DNA of 5,563 nucleotides from a virus: the IMG/VR virus record IMGVR_UViG_3300045988_096647. One strand, given 5' to 3'. The notes under the pieces are model-generated. The model was given only the letters and a program-made list of their open reading frames with translations, was not told where the DNA came from and made no database searches. A program made the position numbers and the translations under genes. This document shows, in pieces, positions 1 through 4,866 of the stretch; position 1 is the first letter of the stretch; each line of letters begins with the position of its first letter.

Positions 1-340
1 GAATACCAGAGCCAAATTTTTTACGAAGACGTTTCATGAATTTCTGAAACACTTCCTTGTGAACGCGACCATCAACAGGAATGTTTTCAGGATTGTATGT
101 AAGAGTAATAAAGCTGCCAACACGGTCAGAAGTCTCAAACTCGTGAACACATCGCATAGCCCATTGACGGCTATATTCTAATCTGCAGCCAACGCACTGA
201 CCACAAGGGACATAAATCGTTTCCGGTAACTTGCCGAGAGGACGCCATGCGTTGCCGTAATTAGCAGTCAATGGCCGTTTGCCGGTCTCTTTATTAATAG
301 ATTTAGAGTACCACATGGGAATCGGATGATAGCAAGGCAT
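1..340 (-). CDS. Replication initiation protein (Microviridae VP4 / phiX174 A-like rolling-circle HUH endonuclease), N-terminal segment. The gene starts at ATG 340 and runs off the window start, continuing at 5444->4867 on the circular genome; full length 305 aa.
   Basis: Translating the minus strand by hand from ATG at 340 gives MPCYHPIPMWYSKSINKETGKRPLTANYGNAWRPLGKLPETIYVPCGQCVGCRLEYSRQWAMRCVHEFETSDRVGSFITLTYNPENIPVDGRVHKEVFQKFMKRLRKKFGSGI... This joins in frame to the 209-aa ORF 4867..5496 through the 119-bp duplicated end. It contains the Cys cluster CGQCVGCR and rolling-circle motif 1 (FITLTY). A GAGGTGA ribosome-binding site sits 5 nt upstream of the ATG. Confidence 0.92.
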   Translation of the reverse strand, partial: MPCYHPIPMWYSKSINKETGKRPLTANYGNAWRPLGKLPETIYVPCGQCVGCRLEYSRQWAMRCVHEFETSDRVGSFITLTYNPENIPVDGRVHKEVFQKFMKRLRKKFGSGI

Positions 341-367
341 AGCATCACCTCAACAACACAACCAACG

Positions 368-500
368 GGAAAAGGGGCATGTATAATAAAATATCTACAG
401 TACGGCAATCAGCAAAAACCGTTTTAAAACATGTCCAACAGGGGAAAGGTTATACACAACAAAATATCTGCCGTACGACAAAATACTAAAGACGAAAACC
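368..500. repeat. Two imperfect direct repeats of ~55 bp (A 368..420, B 441..500) with 73-bp periodicity. The conserved core is AAAATATCTNCNGTACGNCAA (A 388..408, B 461..481; 18/21 identical), flanked by GGGRAAAGG on one side and RAAAACC on the other. The repeats lie in the non-coding interval between the J-like ORF and the rep start; copy B overlaps the 3' end of the J-like ORF (486..599). Candidate rep promoter/operator or origin-associated iterons.
   Basis: Direct alignment of the two segments from the sequence. Copy B also contains TTATACACA (450..458), which matches the DnaA-box consensus TTATNCACA. Both copies contain a GTACG core. Confidence 0.6.
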
Positions 501-599
501 ACCACGCATCGGAATGGGGCGCTTGTTCTTCGGATTAACTGTCATACCACGTCTAAAATTTTTACTAGATTTCTTTTTACTCATTTTGTTTCGTTTCAT
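486..599 (-). CDS. Small, highly basic DNA-binding protein, 37 aa. It is analogous to phiX174 J and to the Chlamydia-phage/gokushovirus ORF8 (VP8) DNA-packaging protein. It is absent from the supplied ORF track because it is shorter than 60 aa.
   Basis: Hand translation of the minus strand from ATG at 599 to the TAG stop at 488..486 gives MKRNKMSKKKSSKNFRRGMTVNPKNKRPIPMRGGFRL (13 K/R in 37 residues). A GAAAGGA ribosome-binding site lies 8 nt upstream. It sits in the intergenic space on the coding strand just upstream of rep. The C-terminal RGGFRL resembles the ends of gokushovirus small basic proteins; this is from memory and unverified. Confidence 0.65.
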   Translation of the reverse strand: MKRNKMSKKKSSKNFRRGMTVNPKNKRPIPMRGGFRL

Positions 600-708
600 A
601 ATATCAATCCTTTCTCAAAATAAAGCATCAATAATGCTGACAACAAAAACCAATACAACAAACGCAATGGACAAAGCAAGCAACGAAGCGCAGCAAAACA
701 AAATAAAC

Positions 709-915
709 TTAATCATGTTTTAAACTCTCCTCAAAATTCTCCGAACTCCGAAGGCTTTCGCCGGATAAAATCCGAATAAAGAAGCCAACATCAACTTTAT
801 GACGAAGAAATAAAAGGGGCATACGGTTATATATCCGAATGACCTCGAGGAACTGTTTTAAACGCAGATATTCGCTCTCCGTACAATAAATACTTCTACT
901 TTTCTTGACATCCAT
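709..915 (-). CDS. Hypothetical protein, 68 aa (orf68); no recognisable family.
   Basis: ATG at 915 is preceded by a GAGAGG ribosome-binding site with a 9-nt spacer, and by a near-consensus sigma70 promoter. It is on the coding strand in an otherwise gene-free interval between VP2 and the J-like ORF. Sequence: MDVKKSRSIYCTESEYLRLKQFLEVIRIYNRMPLLFLRHKVDVGFFIRILSGESLRSSENFEESLKHD. Confidence 0.45.
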   Translation of the reverse strand: MDVKKSRSIYCTESEYLRLKQFLEVIRIYNRMPLLFLRHKVDVGFFIRILSGESLRSSENFEESLKHD

Positions 916-931
916 TTAAATCAACCTCTCT

Positions 932-988
932 TTCTATGTTTAAAGTATAACATAATTTAAATAGAATGTCAATAGAAATATAATAGAA
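932..988. repeat. Hexamer repeats around the promoter. ATAGAA occurs three times on the plus strand at exact 11-bp phasing (961..966, 972..977, 983..988), with an inverted copy TTCTAT at 932..937 on the other side of the -10 element. Operator-like arrangement.
   Basis: Read directly from the sequence. The three direct copies span the -35 element; the inverted copy lies between the -10 and the ribosome-binding site. Confidence 0.5.
944..972 (-). promoter_or_regulatory. Candidate sigma70-type promoter on the coding strand: -35 TTGACA (972..967), 17-bp spacer, -10 TATACT (949..944). It would drive orf68 and possibly the J-like ORF and rep.
   Basis: Minus-strand sequence reads TTCTATTGACAttctatttaaattatgtTATACTttaaacatagaaagagaggttgatttaaATG. 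The hexamers match the consensus at 6/6 and 5/6 with optimal spacing, about 35 nt upstream of the orf68 ribosome-binding site and ATG. Confidence 0.5.
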
Positions 989-990
989 AT

Positions 991-1965
991 TTACTTGAAA
1001 AGTCTAGGAATTAAACCTAACGGACTGGCATCAGCAAGACCCTTGGCATTGCCAAGTATACGAGATAAATTTTCATACAAACCATTAGGATCCACACCCG
1101 AATAGCGATTTTGAACCTGATATTGCTTCAAATCGATTTCAGAACGAACACGATTAATATACTTCAACGCATTGTCTTCACTCTGACCTTTAGCCTGAAG
1201 GATCTCAACAAATGTACGGGCATTAAGTTCACCTTGTATATACTTCTGAGTAAGATATTTAACTTGATTTAATTGAGTTTCCGAATCAAGGCGCAAAACC
1301 TCATGCATATTTTTTTCAATATCACTATCAATTTTAGCGATTTCATGAGGTAAAAGCGCATTAATACGATTTGTCTGCGCGCCAAGATTTGCAGTCGTTG
1401 CGTTCGCAACATCCGTTTGAGGGCCTTGAATATAACGTGCCTCAGCATTTGTTTTAGAAGTAAGACTACCAGATGTATAGTCAGCCGAAGCAGTTAAAGA
1501 ATTGGCATTCGCAAGCATCTGCGCAATCTGCGATTCTAAAAGTAATGCTTGATAATCTGCAGAAATAGCAGCACTACGACCTTCCATTTCTTTTTTATAC
1601 GTATCAGCTTGCATATTGTCATTTTGAAATTCAAGATTTTTTTGCTGTTGTTCTTGAACTTTACGAGATGTTCTCGCATTATACATATTGGACATGGCGT
1701 TCACACCATTTGAGATATCAGTACCATAGCCAGTATACGCGCCATTAGCACCTTGTGGAGTGCTAGCGCCACTGCCACCAGTAGCGGAAAGAATAGGATT
1801 TAAACCAGCTTTACGAAGATCAGAAACTTCGCGTTGATGAGCCGTATTGCTCATCCGCTCCTGGAACGCCATTTGCTCACGATTCATACCAGCTTGCGCA
1901 TTAGCAGATTTATTAGCAGACCAAATACCAAGCGCAGCGCCAGCAACAGAAGATAACCAACTCAT
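991..1965 (-). CDS. Minor capsid / DNA pilot protein (Microviridae VP2, phiX174 H-like), 324 aa.
   Basis: Position immediately downstream of VP1 on the coding strand. An AAGGAG ribosome-binding site sits 9 nt upstream of ATG 1965 and overlaps the VP1 stop (TAAGGAG). The N-terminus is hydrophobic and Gly-rich ([13 protein letters not shown]). The motif [16 protein letters not shown] is typical of gokushovirus VP2. The central region is long, Q/N-rich and predicted coiled-coil. Confidence 0.85.
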   Translation of the reverse strand: MSWLSSVAGAALGIWSANKSANAQAGMNREQMAFQERMSNTAHQREVSDLRKAGLNPILSATGGSGASTPQGANGAYTGYGTDISNGVNAMSNMYNARTSRKVQEQQQKNLEFQNDNMQADTYKKEMEGRSAAISADYQALLLESQIAQMLANANSLTASADYTSGSLTSKTNAEARYIQGPQTDVANATTANLGAQTNRINALLPHEIAKIDSDIEKNMHEVLRLDSETQLNQVKYLTQKYIQGELNARTFVEILQAKGQSEDNALKYINRVRSEIDLKQYQVQNRYSGVDPNGLYENLSRILGNAKGLADASPLGLIPRLFK

Positions 1966-1978
1966 ACATCATCGCTCC

Positions 1979-3619
1979 TTAGAAATGATCAAGCATACCA
2001 GGAACACCGTAAACAGGCATAGGACGAGCGCATTTGAGATCCAAATATACATCAAGATAAAATTGTGGTTCATTCTGTACGGCGCTGATACGCTTAATTG
2101 CTTGATAACTAGCCTGATCCTGAATAAACTCACCATTAAGAGCTGGAAGCGAATCAAATTTTTGAGCAAAATGCCATACGTCAACAGATTGAGCGTATGT
2201 AGAACGCATCTTACCGGTGATAATAGAAGGATGATACCGACATTCTGCATAACGTTCCTGATAGCCAAAAACATCGTTATCAGCAGCAGTACCTTGTGCA
2301 TAAATTTCCTTATTGAGGACGGCCTGTTCGCCAAGATGAGCAAAAGAAGGCCAATAAAACTCTTCACGAGTCTGACGAAGCCACGTTTTGTTAATACCTT
2401 GCTGATAGCTTAAATCAGTACGAACATTGCAAAGACCGATAACGATACCATGTTCAGTAAAAGATTTATTAAATCCATGAATTTTAGTAGACATTAATGC
2501 ATACGCAGACAGATTACCTTGCGGACTCGTCGTATCGGTAGAGCTTGTCTGCTGGACAGGATTAAACATAATCGGCGTAGAATCACCGCCAAGATATTCA
2601 GAACGCTGCAAACGGGCATCAGGAGAAATAACACCAAAATGCGAACGAATAATTTCAGTATAACGCGTACCACCACGAGCGTCTTTTTCATAAAAACGCT
2701 GAAGAGCAAATGCGGAACGCAACGAATTAATCGTGACCGCCGTTGCAGAAGATAAGTCAACCTTGGCTACCGAAGCATCAGCAGACCAACCTTTAACATG
2801 GCCCGAAAATTTAGGAAGACCAGAAACACCATGATAAAAAGAAAAAGAACGATCAAAGGAGTCAGAAACAGACAAAGAACCTGAAACAGAAGGATCAGAA
2901 GATTCTATAGTACCAGAAATCGGCAAAAATCCGGAAACGGAAGCAGTTTGACCTAACGGCAATTCAACACCAGGGCCTTTTTGAGGCCAGGGCAAAGCAC
3001 TTGTAAAATAATCATGACGCTTGCCGCGGTAAAAGCATATAGCACTTGTAGCATCTTGTGTGGCATCACCACCGTAAGCATCATCATCAGAAGACGCAGC
3101 AGAAAGCGGTTGACCGGTCTGAATAGATACAGCATTCTGCAGATTTTCATCACGGAACCAATCGTTATATACTTTCCAATACGCCCTAAACGGAAACGCA
3201 GAAACACTCAATTTGTTTTGGACATCTGTTGGAAAACCGAAATAGTCCCATAACGTCTGTACCTGCGCATTAGTAGCCGTGATTTGGGGAACTTCGTATT
3301 CTTTAGACTGATAACCTGCAAGCGGATTTTCGCCATTAAACTCTCGCCAATGTTTCCACAACAAACGATATGGAACAAAAAAGAAAAATGTATCCATGTA
3401 AGCATTATCCATTGCCGGAACAATCGGTGTGGCCATTCGGCCAAAAAGAGTAGCTTTACAATTAAATGTATCGCCTGGATAAACTTCATCAATATAAAAA
3501 GGAACAAGACGTCCTGCGTCTAATGTCGTTTTAACAGTATGGCTACGCTTAAAAGAAGAACGAGGTATCTGATTTTGTGGAGCCATAGCAAAATTATGCT
3601 GACTAGCATTCTTTGACAT
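1979..3619 (-). CDS. Major capsid protein VP1 (Microviridae F-like, single jelly-roll), 546 aa from ATG at 3619. The ORF track's start at 3658 is a TTG with no Shine-Dalgarno sequence.
   Basis: It is the longest ORF. The N-terminus MSKNASQHNFAMAPQNQIPRSSFKRSHTVKTTLDAGRLVPFYIDEVYPGDTF matches the conserved gokushovirus VP1 N-terminal pattern (RS.F..SH..KTT.D.G.LVP...DEV.PGDT). A GGAG lies 10 nt upstream of ATG 3619. A Ser-rich variable insertion, corresponding to ~2711..2959, is consistent with the three-fold 'mushroom' loop of gokushovirus capsids. Confidence 0.95.
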   Translation of the reverse strand: MSKNASQHNFAMAPQNQIPRSSFKRSHTVKTTLDAGRLVPFYIDEVYPGDTFNCKATLFGRMATPIVPAMDNAYMDTFFFFVPYRLLWKHWREFNGENPLAGYQSKEYEVPQITATNAQVQTLWDYFGFPTDVQNKLSVSAFPFRAYWKVYNDWFRDENLQNAVSIQTGQPLSAASSDDDAYGGDATQDATSAICFYRGKRHDYFTSALPWPQKGPGVELPLGQTASVSGFLPISGTIESSDPSVSGSLSVSDSFDRSFSFYHGVSGLPKFSGHVKGWSADASVAKVDLSSATAVTINSLRSAFALQRFYEKDARGGTRYTEIIRSHFGVISPDARLQRSEYLGGDSTPIMFNPVQQTSSTDTTSPQGNLSAYALMSTKIHGFNKSFTEHGIVIGLCNVRTDLSYQQGINKTWLRQTREEFYWPSFAHLGEQAVLNKEIYAQGTAADNDVFGYQERYAECRYHPSIITGKMRSTYAQSVDVWHFAQKFDSLPALNGEFIQDQASYQAIKRISAVQNEPQFYLDVYLDLKCARPMPVYGVPGMLDHF

Positions 3620-3673
3620 ATTTATACATCTCCGATCTACAATATTTAACACCCTCAAAATAGGGAGGTGTCA

Positions 3674-3708
3674 GTCGTACCAGTTACATCAAGTAGAACC
3701 GGTACGAC
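3674..3708. other. Perfect 8-bp inverted repeat (GTCGTACC ... GGTACGAC) with a 19-nt loop in the VP3-VP1 intergenic region. Candidate stem-loop: leaky terminator, mRNA stabiliser, or ssDNA structural/recognition element.
   Basis: Plus 3674..3681 gtcgtacc is the reverse complement of 3701..3708 ggtacgac. It is the only long perfect palindrome arm pair I found in a non-coding interval. It shares GTACGAC with repeat B (473..479). Confidence 0.5.
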
Positions 3709-3779
3709 CTGAAAACAAAGGTGACAACCATGCGGTTTTTCAGCTTTTCTGAGAAAAAGTGACATTTATTGAGAAAATG

Positions 3780-4226
3780 TTATTCAGTAACCGAATTTCC
3801 TGCACTATTATTCAACTTATTCGCATTAATATTGGAATCTTGCTGTTCAATGGTAGTCTTAGTAGCAAGGCCCATCGCAACTAATTCATCAACATTATTC
3901 GGGTTATCGACGAATTCCAAAAAAGCACCAGGATCATAGTTAAAACGTTTTCGAATATCAAGTGGAAGATTATCGAAATTAGCTTTAGCTTGAAGCATCT
4001 GATTGTACATCTCCTGTGCACTATCCGGAAGCTCTGCAAAATCAGCAAAAATGGGTTCAGAAGGCTGACCATCGCCATGGAAAGAAGGCATAACACCCGA
4101 AGAATTATACATCGCAATAATATAATTGATATCGGCTTCATCTTTAAATTGCTGCTGCGTCAAAGACGGTAGGCTAGAAGACCAGCCAGCACGAACGCCA
4201 GCATCATATCTAGAGCGTATCTCCAT
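3780..4226 (-). CDS. Internal scaffolding protein VP3 (phiX174 B-like functional analogue), 148 aa from ATG 4226. An in-frame upstream ATG at 4316, with its own ribosome-binding site, would give 178 aa.
   Basis: Position directly upstream of VP1. Typical gokushovirus VP3 size. The sequence MEIRSRYDAGVRAGWSSSLPSLTQQQFKDEADINYIIAMYN...PLDIRKRFNYDPGAFLEFVDNPNN has the acidic/aromatic character and SL..QQFKDE.DIN pattern of gokushovirus VP3 (from memory). An AAAGGAG ribosome-binding site lies 8 nt upstream of ATG 4226. Confidence 0.8.
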   Translation of the reverse strand: MEIRSRYDAGVRAGWSSSLPSLTQQQFKDEADINYIIAMYNSSGVMPSFHGDGQPSEPIFADFAELPDSAQEMYNQMLQAKANFDNLPLDIRKRFNYDPGAFLEFVDNPNNVDELVAMGLATKTTIEQQDSNINANKLNNSAGNSVTE

Positions 4227-4488
4227 TACTTTCACTCCTTTCGACATTAGCACACTGCATAGCATGACAAACAAAAGTAGGCATATCATACGGTCTAAGA
4301 AGACCCTTAACATCATCAAACTCTCCTAAACAATATAAATGAAAATCACCTAAATGCTGACTAACTGTACTCCGAGAATCATTGCATAAATCAGTAAAGC
4401 TGCGAATAGAAACCAAGTCATTAACGGCAAAATACGGCGTATTAAAGACTTGTGCCTTATCATCCATGATACTATAAATTTTAAGCAT
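4210..4488 (-). CDS. Small non-structural protein, 92 aa, VP5-like (gokushovirus ORF5 family; proposed phiX174 C-like role in ssDNA synthesis/packaging). The family assignment is tentative.
   Basis: An AAAGGAG ribosome-binding site lies 10 nt upstream of ATG 4488. Its position between rep and VP3 and its size match gokushovirus VP5. The N-terminal pattern KIYSIMDDKAQVFNTPYFAVNDLVSIRSFTDLCND resembles the VP5 consensus (..D.K...F..PFF..N...A.R.F.D..N) as I recall it. The 3' end overlaps the VP3 start by 17 nt in another frame. Confidence 0.6.
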   Translation of the reverse strand: MLKIYSIMDDKAQVFNTPYFAVNDLVSIRSFTDLCNDSRSTVSQHLGDFHLYCLGEFDDVKGLLRPYDMPTFVCHAMQCANVERSESNGDTL

Positions 4489-4715
4489 TTATAAACAACT
4501 CCTTTGAAAATATCAAAAATAAAATCAAAGAAAACGGTGAAAATAACGGTCAAGATACGTTTTAGAATAGCGAAAATATAATCCATTCCTTCCATGAAAA
4601 TATTTAGTAGTATACGGAGAAAAACAAACAACATCAGTAATATCAGTACTCCGTGTTTGACAGAAAATGCGGAATAAATCGAATCTATCAAAAGATTCGT
4701 AAGCTCGGTGAACAT
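4350..4715 (-). CDS. Speculative overprinted ORF, 121 aa, with three predicted transmembrane-like segments. It is embedded out of frame across orf66, the orf66-VP5 spacer and the 5' half of VP5. Candidate membrane or lysis protein, or a composition artefact.
   Basis: 121 stop-free codons in the third frame of a T-rich region. Hydrophobic stretches: GVLILLMLFVFLRILLNIF, YIFAILKRILTVIFTVFFDFIF and LPLMTWFLFAALLIYAMILGV. ATG 4715 lies 10 nt downstream of the orf66 ATG, so the shared AAAGGAG is 16 nt upstream, which is suboptimal. T-rich DNA yields F/L/I-rich products in any frame. Confidence 0.2.
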   Translation of the reverse strand: MFTELTNLLIDSIYSAFSVKHGVLILLMLFVFLRILLNIFMEGMDYIFAILKRILTVIFTVFFDFIFDIFKGVVYKCLKFIVSWMIRHKSLIRRILPLMTWFLFAALLIYAMILGVQLVSI

Positions 4716-4725
4716 ATATGCGCAT
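4525..4725 (-). CDS. Hypothetical small basic/aromatic protein, 66 aa (orf66), starting at the internal ATG 4725 of the listed 80-aa ORF.
   Basis: An AAAGGAG ribosome-binding site lies exactly 6 nt upstream of ATG 4725 (ctAAAGGAGtcgtatATG). Sequence: MRIYVHRAYESFDRFDLFRIFCQTRSTDITDVVCFSPYTTKYFHGRNGLYFRYSKTYLDRYFHRFL, rich in R/Y/F/H. It is on the coding strand in the rep-VP5 interval. No family recognised. Confidence 0.5.
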   Translation of the reverse strand: MRIYVHRAYESFDRFDLFRIFCQTRSTDITDVVCFSPYTTKYFHGRNGLYFRYSKTYLDRYFHRFL

Positions 4726-4866
4726 ATACGACTCCTTTAGCGAGAAAAGTCCAGAGAAGAACGTCACAAACCGGAGGCTTCACCTACCTTTCAATTTTTA
4801 AAATAAAAAAAACCCTCTCGCTAATATAAGAATATCAAACGGGGGGGGCAAAAAAGCAAATAACAA

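Noticed and set aside
612-633. AGCAT-tattg-ATGCT stem followed by TTTATTTT downstream of orf68, as a possible attenuator/terminator
   Set aside because: Only a 5-bp stem with one G-C pair pairable in register; too weak to call.
514-723. Plus-strand 69-aa ORF, and other plus-strand ORFs (1847..2413, 2519..2755, 2981..3253, 3284..3523, 3990..4172, 4126..4329)
   Set aside because: They are antisense to well-supported genes, or to the J-like ORF. Microviridae encode all proteins on one strand. They have no convincing ribosome-binding sites, and the products are low-complexity reverse-frame translations.
1969-3507. Minus-strand alternate-frame ORFs embedded in VP1, VP2, VP3 or rep (1969..2367, 2494..2760, 2953..3207, 3208..3507, 3881..4141, 4929..5156, 5226..5459)
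   Set aside because: These are hydrophobic F/L/I-rich products, typical of out-of-frame reading of T-rich coding DNA. I saw no Shine-Dalgarno sites for them. I kept only the 4350..4715 case as a low-confidence feature because it spans an intergenic spacer and is the longest.
3620-3658. TTG start for VP1 at 3658 (the ORF-track N-terminus MRVLNIVDRRCIN) and TTG start for VP3 at 4319
   Set aside because: There is no Shine-Dalgarno sequence upstream (CTCCC rather than GGAG). The downstream ATGs (3619 for VP1; 4316 or 4226 for VP3) have GGAG-type ribosome-binding sites, and the resulting N-termini match the family pattern.
3761-3781. ACATTT-N8-AAATGT inverted repeat overlapping the VP3 stop
   Set aside because: Six-bp all-A/T stem, negligible stability; expected by chance in AT-rich DNA.
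4726-4767. N-terminal 14 codons (MTFFSGLFSLKESY) of the listed 80-aa ORF 4525..4767
   Set aside because: No ribosome-binding site upstream of ATG 4767, whereas the internal ATG 4725 has a perfect AAAGGAG-N6. The ORF was shortened to 66 aa.
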